Below the pieces are notes generated by a model. The model was given only the letters and a program-made list of their open reading frames with translations, was not told the origin of the DNA and made no database searches. A stretch of 64,000 bases of DNA, taken from positions 19,605 to 83,604 of the forward strand of contig JANMGV010000004.1 in the NCBI GenBank assembly GCA_031374825.1, written 5' to 3'. Of the stretch, positions 9,900 to 19,804 are shown piece after piece. The stretch is from Pirellulaceae bacterium (GTDB lineage: Bacteria > Planctomycetota > Planctomycetia > Pirellulales > Pirellulaceae). Numbering within the stretch: position 1 is the first letter of the stretch; every line of letters starts with the position of its first letter. Position numbers and translations under genes: made by a program.

Positions 9900-12308
9900 T
9901 CAGGGAGTTGGTGCCTTGAGCTGTTGCTCTATATCGCGCAAAGACTGACTTACAGGAATCGCTTTGAGGCCTTTTCGGATCGTGTCCAACGCACTTGGCA
10001 GATCACCTAGCTTTTCCTGCAATAGTGCCAAAGCGACGTAGTAATCCTCAACGCTTGAGTCGATTGCCAAAGCTCGCGACAGTGATTTCGCGCTCTCCTG
10101 CAAATCCCCGGCGAGATATTGCGCCAGCCCAAGTCGATATTGCAAGTGCGCATTCGAAGGCAGTAGTTGCGCATCGCGTGCCAGTAGCGGCAATTCCTCG
10201 GCACGCAGTGTCTTGGCTCGGTCGCGTAAAGTCTGTGCAAGTACTTTCGCGTTTCGAACGGTGCTGACGTCGGCATTGGCATTGGACTGGGTCTGTGTGT
10301 CATCGGCCAGTCGTTCAAGAAGTGCGGCAAGATTGGTTCTGGGGCCAACGGATCTTGGTTCGATGCGAATGGCATCTTCATAGTGCTGCACAGCAGCCTG
10401 AAATCGCTGATGTTGTTCGTCGAGTGCACCGAGGCTAACGTGGGCACCAGCCCGCTCTTGCATCGCTAATAGACTTTGCTCCAATTCACTTGATGCCGCT
10501 TGATAAGTTGCCGAGTGGATTTGACCGGCGAGCGCTGCACCGGTCTCTGCGATCCCGCGAGCGGCCTCGATGCGAACCGAACGAATGGGATCTTTGAGCA
10601 ACGGCTGTAGGAGCAAAGCCCGTTGGCCTGGGTTTCCAATTGCTGAAGTTGCCACAATCGCCGCCGCGCGCACCAAAGGACTTTCATCTTTGAAATTGCG
10701 AGGGGCCTCGACTGCTGCGCTTGCTGAATCAACGCTTAGCAGTTCGTACAAGGCGGTGGCTCGGGCAATAGCGGGTGCCGACTCGCCACGTTTGGCCAGC
10801 AGCGAGACCAATTGATCGCGCGCGTCGGGTGATTTCTGCCGAGCCGCTTGTAAGGCTTCGCCGAAATGCACATCGCGGCGACGTTTCTCGCCGTACCATT
10901 TTTCACAAGCAGCGTCGGCCCATGCATCGATTCGCCTTAATTCCAACTGAATTACCTCGTCACCTTTCTCGGCCGCTGCCATCCAATCAAGGTACTGTCT
11001 CAATCCTGAGCGATTGACTTCGGGTAATTTTTGGAGATCGATGTGACACGCCGTGCAGGCATTGGGCGTTCCATTCTTAACACTTAAATCGGGACGAGGT
11101 ATTCTGAGCGAGTGATCGTGGCGAGCGTCGACATCCATGTAAGTTGTGGGTGGCATGTGGCAATCGACACACGCGCTACCAGGCTTTCCTGGCGTGTGAA
11201 AATGATGTGCCACCGAATCGTATTTCGCCGCCGGATGCTGATGGCACGAAGTGCAAACTTGATTGCCATTTTGTTTGAGTCTCGCAGAATGGGGATCGTG
11301 GCAATCCGTACAGCGAATGCCTTTGTGATACATCTTGCTCTGAATAAATGAGCCGTGAATGTAGTCTTCGTCTTGAACTTGACCATCCGCAAAGTACACA
11401 TCGCGCACGAGCAAGCTATCGGTATAGAAATCATCGAACTTTCTTCCTGCATGGTAACCGTCTGCGACTAGTTGACGTCGACTGTGGCACGGAGCACATG
11501 CCTCGATTTGATTTTGAGCAGACGCTTTGAGCGGTGCTAAGCCGGTTCCATAATCCGTTTTCCATTTTCCAAAAGTCTGTTTGGCCAATCTTGTATGGAT
11601 ACTACCGGGACCGTGGCACGATTCGCAGCTAACATCGATTTCAGAAAAAGTCGTGTGGTACTTTGCGGTCGCGACGTCAAAACCTTTTGATAAATTGGTG
11701 CTGTGACACTCGGCGCACATCGTATTCCAGCGCTGAGCAACGCCTGTCCAATGAAGATCGTCGTCGGGAGCAAGTCGCTCATGCACATCAGGCGGATCGA
11801 GGTGAAACCACTTCTTGGCTTTGGTATCCCACGAAACGCGAAGCACTTGCACTTGCCCTACGCCCAACGAATCGGACTTGGCCGAGGGCTCCATTTCAAC
11901 CATGTACTGTTGAAGCGGCGTTACGCCGAAAACGTACTTGATTTCAAAGTCACGGATGGTGCCGTCGGGTCCTTCGGTATTGATCCAGTATTTACCGTCG
12001 CGGCGAAACATGCGGGATACAACTCCGTAATGCTCCAGTTTGGCGTCCGAGAAATCGCCAAGCACGCTCGACTCGCTGGCAATATCCATCGCCAAATCAT
12101 GATGAGATCCTTGGTAAAGCTCCGCTTCCTTCGCATGGCACTGAACGCAGGACTCGCGGCCGACATATTCTGCGACCAAGCCAGTTGGTATCTTTTCGCT
12201 TGCTCCATAAAACAACGCGATTCCAACAACCGGCAGAATGATTGCGATCAATCCAAAGAAAAGTACTCGATGAGAATTGGATTTAGTCATGAAGATCACG
12301 AGGAGCAT
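9900..12308 (-). CDS. membrane-anchored octaheme c-type cytochrome fused to C-terminal TPR/HEAT-like repeat domain
   Basis: The N-terminal ~450 aa contain eight CxxCH motifs: CVQCH, CAECH, CESCH, CAPCH, CTDCH, CTSCH, CVDCH, CTACH. There is an N-terminal TM helix. The C-terminal ~350 aa are Ala/Leu-rich helical repeats. Confidence 0.8.
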   Translation of the reverse strand: MLLVIFMTKSNSHRVLFFGLIAIILPVVGIALFYGASEKIPTGLVAEYVGRESCVQCHAKEAELYQGSHHDLAMDIASESSVLGDFSDAKLEHYGVVSRMFRRDGKYWINTEGPDGTIRDFEIKYVFGVTPLQQYMVEMEPSAKSDSLGVGQVQVLRVSWDTKAKKWFHLDPPDVHERLAPDDDLHWTGVAQRWNTMCAECHSTNLSKGFDVATAKYHTTFSEIDVSCESCHGPGSIHTRLAKQTFGKWKTDYGTGLAPLKASAQNQIEACAPCHSRRQLVADGYHAGRKFDDFYTDSLLVRDVYFADGQVQDEDYIHGSFIQSKMYHKGIRCTDCHDPHSARLKQNGNQVCTSCHQHPAAKYDSVAHHFHTPGKPGSACVDCHMPPTTYMDVDARHDHSLRIPRPDLSVKNGTPNACTACHIDLQKLPEVNRSGLRQYLDWMAAAEKGDEVIQLELRRIDAWADAACEKWYGEKRRRDVHFGEALQAARQKSPDARDQLVSLLAKRGESAPAIARATALYELLSVDSASAAVEAPRNFKDESPLVRAAAIVATSAIGNPGQRALLLQPLLKDPIRSVRIEAARGIAETGAALAGQIHSATYQAASSELEQSLLAMQERAGAHVSLGALDEQHQRFQAAVQHYEDAIRIEPRSVGPRTNLAALLERLADDTQTQSNANADVSTVRNAKVLAQTLRDRAKTLRAEELPLLARDAQLLPSNAHLQYRLGLAQYLAGDLQESAKSLSRALAIDSSVEDYYVALALLQEKLGDLPSALDTIRKGLKAIPVSQSLRDIEQQLKAPTP

Positions 12309-12500
12309 ATAGTTGAAGACAAGGCAATACCGGCATATCTGGATCTGTCGAACAGCAAACCGCCGACAGCAACTATATCCGGAATCACCGCACTCGATAA
12401 ACCCCAGTGTAACATTATAGCCCAGGGCACTATTAAGAAGCGTGCAGGTCTTTGCGAAGTGGCGACATGCCGCTGGATGTGACGCCTTGAGGTATACATC

Positions 12501-13319
12501 TCAAGCCGACTGGATCACGCGAATCACTCCGGCCCGAATCGAAGTTCTTTGTCCCATTTCATTTTGAACAAGCAACTCTCCTTGCTCGTTGATCCCTTGG
12601 CAAATTCCCCTTACGGTTATCCCGTTCGAATCGACTTCTACAAATTTATCTTGAAGATAGCATCGGCTTCGAAAGCTTGTCACCATATAGTTGTTGTCGG
12701 TCTGCCATCGCTCAATACTTTCCGCCAAACTCCGAACGCATAGCACAAGAACAGTGTCCAAATCTGGTCGTCTCGTCGTATGCAGATGCATGCTGGTTGC
12801 CCTTTCGCGGATGTCATCGGGAGCGGACGAGATATCCACTGCGACGTTGATGCCAATTCCAATCACCGAGTGGACCGATCTATTTTTCATCGTCGATTCG
12901 ACTAAGATACCGCAGATCTTTTTGCCTTGCACATAAACATCATTCGGCCACTTCAGCTCACTTGGAACCGACAAAATATTATCCAAAGCATTTGCAACGG
13001 CGATGGCCGTCACCAATGAAAGCTCTGGCAGTCGTTCGTGAGTTCGTTCTTTCATCTGACCGGAAGTAAGTATCGAGAACGTCAAAACACCCGAAGGAGA
13101 CCACCATCGATTTTGTCCACGACCTCTCCCTGCAGTCTGATTCTGTGCTACGACCAGGCGTGGCAAGTTTTGGTCGGGCTCAACATCGATGGAACGTTTC
13201 AGGAAATCGTTGGTAGAATCCAACGTGTCATGGAATTCGCAACGTGCAATCCAGCCGTCATCGCGAATTCGCTCAAACGCAGACGCAAACGTTTCGTACG
13301 GATAATGATCTGGATTCAC
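12501..13319 (-). CDS. birA: biotin--[acetyl-CoA-carboxylase] ligase
   Basis: GRGRGQNRWWSPSG is the BirA biotin-binding signature. Length is 272 aa. Confidence 0.8.
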   Translation of the reverse strand: MNPDHYPYETFASAFERIRDDGWIARCEFHDTLDSTNDFLKRSIDVEPDQNLPRLVVAQNQTAGRGRGQNRWWSPSGVLTFSILTSGQMKERTHERLPELSLVTAIAVANALDNILSVPSELKWPNDVYVQGKKICGILVESTMKNRSVHSVIGIGINVAVDISSAPDDIRERATSMHLHTTRRPDLDTVLVLCVRSLAESIERWQTDNNYMVTSFRSRCYLQDKFVEVDSNGITVRGICQGINEQGELLVQNEMGQRTSIRAGVIRVIQSA

Positions 13320-13325
13320 GATTCC

Positions 13326-15176
13326 CTAATTCTTACGTAGCTTGGGAATCGCTGCCTGTATCTTTTTCCAGCCATCCTTGGTGACCAACGTGTCATCGAG
13401 ATTAACGTAATCGAGTGCTTTCAAAGACTGCAGGGTGGGCAAGATATCGTCGTCGACTAGAGTACCCGTCAACCAAAGTGTGGCAAGTCGCGGGTGGCCG
13501 GCGATTTGCTTCAAGCCTTCGTTTGAAATTTTGCACATGGAAAGATCCAGTTCAACGATTGCCGACATTTTGGCAATTTCTCCCATCGCTTCGTCGGTAA
13601 TTTTTGTGCTTTCTACATTCAGTCTGCGCACGTTCCAAGGTTTGGACGCGTCGGCAAATAGCTGATTATCGATTTTGGTAAAGGATAAATCGAGCCAATC
13701 CAAGTCCCTGGCTGCTGTCGACCAATCGTCAAGATCCGATGTCGCCAGATCCATGCGAGACAAGACAATTTCTCGCCTAGCAGCATTCGCCCGTCGACCG
13801 TGAATTTGGTCCGGAGTTACTGTCAAAAACCGCTCGTACTCGGCTCGCAGTGTGTCTTCATCTACGACTTCAGGCAATAGTTTTTCATCAGGCGTTCCCG
13901 CGTATACCGAATCAATATAACTGGCCAAAGCCTCGCGTTTTGCGGGCGAAGAGTCCATCCAAAAATGGGTCAGCCCAGCGGCTTGGGAATAAAAGAATTT
14001 GATGTCGGATCGCGATCGCAGATGCTGTCCGACTTCTTGGCGTAGTTCGGACCAAGGTATCCAAAACTCGTCGTGAAGACGCCGGTAACGAGCAGCTTGA
14101 ACGCGAGGAGCATCCCATCCGCCGACTTCGACGACTTCGCAGCCGACACCGCCGAGGCTCGAAGCTGACTCTAAGTACATGGCGATTCCTTCTACAATCC
14201 AAATGTCAGATTGCGTATCGGCATCCAAAGCGACTTTGTTTTGTGCGAACTCTTGAAAAAACTGATGGACTAATTCGTGGCGCAACGTCGTTGAGCTGCG
14301 AGGATCGCCCCAATAGAAAAAAGAGCAGTGCATTGTCGGATGATAATAGCCGGTCGACACCTCGATGTTCGTTTCCGCGCTCTTGAGTGCTCGCAAGTAA
14401 TCGTCGCGATTCTTGAACAGCACAAGTTGAAATTTGGGAACGTTTCCCAATGGAACATCTTGACCAGCTATTCTTCCCACTAAATTCTCCGAAGAGCCCC
14501 AATAATTGAAGAACAGTTGCTGCCACAAACAGAAAGATTGTTCGCAGATATTAGCGACCTCGTGGGCAATTTTCGCGGGAGCTTGACTTGAAATGACAAA
14601 GTGTGGCGTTTGAATCTGGGCATATGAACCGGCGGGCCAACCCAGCGATTCCAGGGGCCGATCGATCTTGGCAGTGAGTTTCCGCAGTTTCATTCGGCTG
14701 CTGGGATTCTCAAGAATGCGATTTGCCTTGGCATGCTTGGGATCGAACCCGACTACGCGAAAGAGCGAGGCATAGGCTGACGGCCAATCACCAGCCTGTG
14801 CGAACTCCAACGCTCGCCGATATTCAAGTTCCGCTTGTTCTGTAAAAAGTTCTGGCAACTTACGACGAAGAGCCATAGAGGAATTCGCCAGTGTCTCGCT
14901 GCCTGGCACGAAAAATCGGTGTCGATCGCTGGGTGAATCGGCAAGCATCACTTGCAGCGAGTCAGCTTGTGATTCATTAATTCGACCGTCGGTCAAGGCC
15001 TCGGCCACGGCTTCCGAGAACGGCTCATCCGCAAAAACGTAGTTGGCATTCGACGAGGTACTCAGTAGAAACAACGTCAACACAACGCCCATGCAAAACT
15101 GGCAGAGGTGCTTTTTGGTAAAGTTCACGATGGCGATCCATTGAGCAACATGCATTGGAAATATTTCTTTAGTCAA
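13326..15176 (-). CDS. secreted HExxH zinc-metallopeptidase-like protein with C-terminal leucine-rich-repeat domain
   Basis: There is a signal peptide. The HELVHQF motif is an HExxH. The C-terminal ~150 aa are LxxLxLxxN-type repeats (LDLSFTKI..., LNVESTKI..., LDLSMCKI...). Confidence 0.55.
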   Translation of the reverse strand: MTKEIFPMHVAQWIAIVNFTKKHLCQFCMGVVLTLFLLSTSSNANYVFADEPFSEAVAEALTDGRINESQADSLQVMLADSPSDRHRFFVPGSETLANSSMALRRKLPELFTEQAELEYRRALEFAQAGDWPSAYASLFRVVGFDPKHAKANRILENPSSRMKLRKLTAKIDRPLESLGWPAGSYAQIQTPHFVISSQAPAKIAHEVANICEQSFCLWQQLFFNYWGSSENLVGRIAGQDVPLGNVPKFQLVLFKNRDDYLRALKSAETNIEVSTGYYHPTMHCSFFYWGDPRSSTTLRHELVHQFFQEFAQNKVALDADTQSDIWIVEGIAMYLESASSLGGVGCEVVEVGGWDAPRVQAARYRRLHDEFWIPWSELRQEVGQHLRSRSDIKFFYSQAAGLTHFWMDSSPAKREALASYIDSVYAGTPDEKLLPEVVDEDTLRAEYERFLTVTPDQIHGRRANAARREIVLSRMDLATSDLDDWSTAARDLDWLDLSFTKIDNQLFADASKPWNVRRLNVESTKITDEAMGEIAKMSAIVELDLSMCKISNEGLKQIAGHPRLATLWLTGTLVDDDILPTLQSLKALDYVNLDDTLVTKDGWKKIQAAIPKLRKN

Positions 15177-15216
15177 ATCTGCCTGTTCTCAACAACGAAC
15201 TGTTCCGGCATGCTGA

Positions 15217-16329
15217 TCAGTTGACGACGATCACATCACGTAACGGCTGCAGAATGTGCTCGATCATGTAGGAATCTAAAATCTCTTTTCCAATTAAAGC
15301 CAATCTCTCGAATTCAATATGAAATTTTTCGTTCGCGCCAAGACTCTCGGTCCGTCGGACGGCGAGAAATGCACTTAGCTGCTCCTCGGGAAACTCATTT
15401 TTCGCCGAGGGCAATTCCGTCACACGCGACTCGAAAGATATTCGACACTGTGTTCGCATTTCATCATCGAGCGCGAACATGATGCTCGGATCATAGCCGA
15501 TGCACTTGGCTCCGGGGATCGCGGACATGCCTTCGAAAGCTGGAGGAAAGCCGATCGCTTCGGCGATGAGCTGGCTTTGGTTGCCGCGATAGGTAAAGTC
15601 AAATCCCATGACGACACTCAGGTACTCGCAATCCAAGTGACTCAGCGAAAGTGCAAAGGGAACAATGCCCAGAACCTCTTTGTGAAGCTGGAATGCTTCG
15701 TCATAAGAGCTTGGATTGACCATTCCGCTCGATATGCGTTTAGCTTCGCAGCTTGCCCATCGATAGGTTCCGGATTCTTTGTCTTCGTCGAGAAATGTTT
15801 CACGATCCCGACAAGTAAAATTTCGCATTTCCGGAAAGCGTCGCTGTACCTGCTCGAAAAAATGCAATAACGCGTCACGTTGCTGCGGCAATTCCATCGC
15901 GGTTTGCAAATGCATGTTGACGTAAAAATCATCGGCGATGGAGCCATATTGATTCATCGGGCATCCTTTATCGATAAGATTCAGTTGGGTGTGACAGCAG
16001 CGAAAACATTGGCTCGCTGCGGTCGGATTGTTGTACCAAGTAGACCACACAGAATGGACTTGGTCGGCATCCTGTTCACTACACTGCCTATTATAGTAAA
16101 TCGCTCCAACAGTTTTGGCGGCTCGGCCAACCGACTTGGCGAAAACCGGAATAAAATAAAAATTCGCCCTACTCCCTTGCCCTGCAAGTTGTCTTATGCT
16201 GATTGGAATAATCGTCCGAAAGTCGGTTTCACGCGAACGCGGTTGGCATTGGAGCGATTTATTCCAAAGGCTCGAAGAATCCCATTTGTTGCGAATCCCC
16301 GATTTGTTGCGAATCCGTGAAACAGACAC
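15217..16329 (-). CDS. hypothetical protein (probable true start at internal Met near 15957)
   Basis: This is a long ORF. The C-terminal ~250 aa are protein-like. The N-terminal ~120 aa are compositionally odd. I recognise no domain. Confidence 0.4.
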   Translation of the reverse strand: MSVSRIRNKSGIRNKWDSSSLWNKSLQCQPRSRETDFRTIIPISIRQLAGQGSRANFYFIPVFAKSVGRAAKTVGAIYYNRQCSEQDADQVHSVWSTWYNNPTAASQCFRCCHTQLNLIDKGCPMNQYGSIADDFYVNMHLQTAMELPQQRDALLHFFEQVQRRFPEMRNFTCRDRETFLDEDKESGTYRWASCEAKRISSGMVNPSSYDEAFQLHKEVLGIVPFALSLSHLDCEYLSVVMGFDFTYRGNQSQLIAEAIGFPPAFEGMSAIPGAKCIGYDPSIMFALDDEMRTQCRISFESRVTELPSAKNEFPEEQLSAFLAVRRTESLGANEKFHIEFERLALIGKEILDSYMIEHILQPLRDVIVVN

Positions 16330-16413
16330 TTAGCATTTGACTCTTTTTCACTATGATTGCCGACGTCTCCCTAAACGCTTACGTAAAAGTTATCTAGCCG
16401 AAAGACCAGCACT

Positions 16414-16956
16414 ATGAGCCTTCTCCAATCTAAATTGCAGTCCGGCACCTCGAATTGTTCGTGGCAATCCAATCATCCGAGCCCCCTTGGTTGGATTGTA
16501 GCCACTTGGAATAGCGGCAAATTAGTTCGGCTAACGATTGAAGAAAAACGGAAGAAACCCGGAAGAGACGAAGATGCCGCTGGCGAAACCGACGCCAAGT
16601 TAGTTCGCCAGTTAAGTGAACACTTGGAGAACTTTTTTGCTGGCAGCAAGCGAACGTTTCCATGGAAACATTTTGACCTCGAAGGCCGAACGGATTTTCA
16701 ATTGGCTGTTCTGCAATGTTGTTATGAAATCCCAATCGGTGAGACGATGAGCTACGGACAAGTTGCGTCGGCTGTCGGCAGACCGGGTGCAGCTCGAGCG
16801 GTAGGAACTGTCATGGCACAAAACACAATTCCTTTGTTGATCCCTTGCCACCGCGTTGTCGCGAGCGGCGGAGGAATCGGAGGTTACTCAGCGCGAGGCG
16901 GAGTAAGTGTCAAAGAATGGTTGCTTGCTCGCGAATCCGGCGCAGTCGCTTGGTGA
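16414..16956 (+). CDS. ogt: methylated-DNA--protein-cysteine methyltransferase
   Basis: The PCHRVV active-site motif and the MSYGQVA...GTVMAQN helix-turn-helix region are present. Confidence 0.8.
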   Translation: MSLLQSKLQSGTSNCSWQSNHPSPLGWIVATWNSGKLVRLTIEEKRKKPGRDEDAAGETDAKLVRQLSEHLENFFAGSKRTFPWKHFDLEGRTDFQLAVLQCCYEIPIGETMSYGQVASAVGRPGAARAVGTVMAQNTIPLLIPCHRVVASGGGIGGYSARGGVSVKEWLLARESGAVAW

Positions 16957-16985
16957 GAGATTTCAGGAAAAAATGCGCAAGGAGT

Positions 16986-18026
16986 TTACTCTTTGCCGTA
17001 TTTGACGAAATCGTTTGTAAAGCAACTCATCGGGTCAATCGGCTTGCCCTCGAGTAGTTTTAGGTTGGATAACTGAGAGTGAAGCTCCTTCCAGCGAGCG
17101 TCGGACATTTTCCCGAAGTCTTGAGCAGCCGCTCCTTCTGGAATGCACAACACTCGTAACTTTTCCGCGCCATACGCCAATGATTCAGCGGTCATTCCGT
17201 CCGGATTTTGTTTGAGAATGTAGGCGTTCGTTTCCTTAGGATCATCGAGATATTTTTTCCATCCACGAAGCGATGCGTCCGTTACTCGCCGGACGATGTC
17301 TGCATTTGCAGCGATGTACTCATCGGTCGCCAGCAACAGACTAGCGTACGGGTTGTATCCGATATCGGACATCATCAAGTTGCGGACCTGAACGCCTTGC
17401 TGCTCGGCCATTAACGGTTCGCTAAACACATAACCTTGCTGAGCGAATCCTGGCCCCGAAACCAACTGAGCGACGGTCCCGTTGTAAGGAACAATCTGAA
17501 CGCTTGGGTCAAGCAAATTCTTGCTTTTGAGAAAAGGAACATACGGGCGAGATGGATCGATCTGAAGCGTGACGTTTTTCAACTGCTCAAATTTCTCGAT
17601 TCCTGAGTCTGTTCGCACCATGATACATCGTGGTCCGATTTGCATCGGTGCCATGAGAGCTTTCAAGTTCAAATCCTGGGCGCGGGCCATGAGAACGTCA
17701 TCTGCATTTCCAACGCCAAATTGTGCACGTCCCAAAGTTAACTCGGGGCCAACAACGACGCCTTTCGCACCGGGAACGATTTCAACTTCGACGCCTGATT
17801 GCTGGTAATAACCATGAACCAAAGCCGCGTAGAAACCGCCATGCTCCGCCTCTGGATACCAGTTGAGTATCAGCTTGACCTTGGTGGGAACTCCACTCTT
17901 TTTGCCACCTGAACTGGCTAACGAATCCGTCGTGCCGGATGATACGACCGTCTTCGTTTCTTTGGGCGTGCAGCCATTCAGAAAAGCCAAACATAACGTG
18001 AAGATCAACAGGCAAGGACGATTCAT
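16986..18026 (-). CDS. ABC transporter substrate-binding protein, NMT1/SsuA/TauA family (lipoprotein)
   Basis: The N-terminus is a lipobox-type signal (LAFLNGC). NWYPEAEHGGFY is an NMT1-like motif. It is the last gene in an ATPase-permease-SBP operon. Confidence 0.8.
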   Translation of the reverse strand: MNRPCLLIFTLCLAFLNGCTPKETKTVVSSGTTDSLASSGGKKSGVPTKVKLILNWYPEAEHGGFYAALVHGYYQQSGVEVEIVPGAKGVVVGPELTLGRAQFGVGNADDVLMARAQDLNLKALMAPMQIGPRCIMVRTDSGIEKFEQLKNVTLQIDPSRPYVPFLKSKNLLDPSVQIVPYNGTVAQLVSGPGFAQQGYVFSEPLMAEQQGVQVRNLMMSDIGYNPYASLLLATDEYIAANADIVRRVTDASLRGWKKYLDDPKETNAYILKQNPDGMTAESLAYGAEKLRVLCIPEGAAAQDFGKMSDARWKELHSQLSNLKLLEGKPIDPMSCFTNDFVKYGKE

Positions 18027-18030
18027 ATTC

Positions 18031-18828
18031 TTAAGGTTCCGATTCAAAATTTGTTCCAACAGTCCAGCGTCGCAGTGCGGTGCGACTAAACAGGTTCACG
18101 CCGACAAAGAATGCGACACCGATTATTGTACTGACTAGTACAGCGGCAATAAGAGCTGACGTCAAATTTCTAGCTTGCCATTTGGTCATGATTGTGCCAA
18201 GTCCCTCGTAGGTGCCTCCGCTGCCGACGAACAATTCGCCGATTATCGCCCCAACCACCGCCAATCCACATGAAATTCGCATCCCAATTACAAGATGCGG
18301 AATTGCTGCCGGTATTCGCAGCTTGACGAGAGTTTGCCAACGACTGGCGGAGTAGAGAGTAAAAAGGTCCCGCAGATTCTTGTCAATCGAAATCAATCCG
18401 GCGGTGACGTTCGCGATGATCGGAAAAACGCTAATAATCACGGTCACTAAGACAATCGTCCTAAAATTGTATCCAGACCAAATGATCAACAAGGGTGCAA
18501 TCGCAACAATCGGAACGGTTTGCAAAAAAATCACGTACGGATAAAGCGCCGTACGAATCCGAGCTGACTGGCTAAATAGAATTGCGATCAATGTTCCAAC
18601 AAGGACGCTAGTCACAAATCCCACAAGTGCGGCGAGACTGGTTATCCACGCCCCGCGGAATAGAACTTCACGTCGTTCCCAACCTGACTGCAAAACGGCG
18701 ATCGGCGATGGTAGGACGATCGGATGAATCTTGAAAGCGATGACTACAATTTGCCAGATTGCAACGACTCCGAGGAACACCACAGCGGGCATCCAAGCAT
18801 TACGAAGGAATTGAAGGATGGATTTCAT
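18031..18828 (-). CDS. ABC transporter permease (SsuC/TauC/NitT type)
   Basis: The binding-protein-dependent transport signature region is present (...AAIPHLVIGMRISCGLAVVGAIIGELF). I set the start at the internal Met (MKSILQF) because it gives the canonical ATGA overlap with the upstream ATPase gene. The ORF-track N-terminal extension lies antisense over the ATPase gene. Confidence 0.8.
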   Translation of the reverse strand: MKSILQFLRNAWMPAVVFLGVVAIWQIVVIAFKIHPIVLPSPIAVLQSGWERREVLFRGAWITSLAALVGFVTSVLVGTLIAILFSQSARIRTALYPYVIFLQTVPIVAIAPLLIIWSGYNFRTIVLVTVIISVFPIIANVTAGLISIDKNLRDLFTLYSASRWQTLVKLRIPAAIPHLVIGMRISCGLAVVGAIIGELFVGSGGTYEGLGTIMTKWQARNLTSALIAAVLVSTIIGVAFFVGVNLFSRTALRRWTVGTNFESEP

Positions 18829-19625
18829 GGATTTTGACTCTGGGTTGGCTCGCTTGCAAAACGCGACGCGATTTGAGCGCATAGTTTCATGAAAGTCGGA
18901 TCGGATCGAAGCTCCGGCTGCCTCGGGTGCTCGAATGGTACGTCGATCCACTCTCGAATCTTTCCATTCATCAACAAGGCGATTCGATGTGAGAGGAATA
19001 CGGACTCGGCAATATTGTGCGTCACGAACAGGATCGTTCGTTTTCGTTTGGCCCACAGATCCAGCAACAATTCGTTCAGTTTGCTTCGCAGCATGTCATC
19101 CAACGCGGCAAATGGCTCGTCCAGAAGTAACAAACTAGGATCCGTCACTAAGGCACGAGCTATCGAAGCTCGCATTTTCATTCCTCCGGAAAGTTCTGAC
19201 GGTCGCTTTTTATGGTGAGCGGAGGCTAATCCAACGGTTGTCAAAATCTCTGAAGCACGCTGCCTGGAAACAGTCCTTGAAGTGTGTCTTTTCAGCTCCA
19301 AAGGCAATAAAACATTCTCGCGAATCGATCGCCACGGCAGTAAAGTTGGATCCTGAAAGACAAACGAAATATCTGATTGGGCGCCTTGGGGAGCGACACC
19401 TCCAATACGAATTTCCCCGCGAGTCGCGTCTTGTAACCCCGCGACACAACGCAACAAAGTACTCTTGCCGCAGCCGCTTGGCCCCAGCAAAGTAACAATC
19501 GTGCCCGATTGCACGTGCATATCGAGTTCATCAAGCACGATGCCATGCTTTGGAAACGAGACCGTCAACTGCGAGCAATCGACGTTTGGGGCTGGAGAGT
19601 TATTTTGCGACTCGCTTAGAATCAT
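18825..19625 (-). CDS. ABC transporter ATP-binding protein
   Basis: Walker A (GPSGCGKST), ABC signature (LSGGMKMR) and Walker B (LLLLDEP) are all present. Confidence 0.85.
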   Translation of the reverse strand: MILSESQNNSPAPNVDCSQLTVSFPKHGIVLDELDMHVQSGTIVTLLGPSGCGKSTLLRCVAGLQDATRGEIRIGGVAPQGAQSDISFVFQDPTLLPWRSIRENVLLPLELKRHTSRTVSRQRASEILTTVGLASAHHKKRPSELSGGMKMRASIARALVTDPSLLLLDEPFAALDDMLRSKLNELLLDLWAKRKRTILFVTHNIAESVFLSHRIALLMNGKIREWIDVPFEHPRQPELRSDPTFMKLCAQIASRFASEPTQSQNP

Positions 19626-19804
19626 CGTTTTCTAATCTATTTCACGATAAAAACTTGAACGAAAAACGGACGTCTGCGGCCGGAACAATTCAAAACTAAA
19701 CACTGCCGAGATGCTCCTCGGTCATAGTATACGGAGGCTGGCGAGCGAAGCCGTTCCTTGGTCGACAAAGCCTTGCAATTTTCTAACAAATGTTCCAATT
19801 GCGT

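Noticed and set aside
11703-12482. 259-aa plus-strand ORF, and other ORFs of 80 aa or more antisense to the cytochrome gene
   Set aside because: It lies antisense within the octaheme cytochrome gene, whose CxxCH periodicity and length fix the coding strand.
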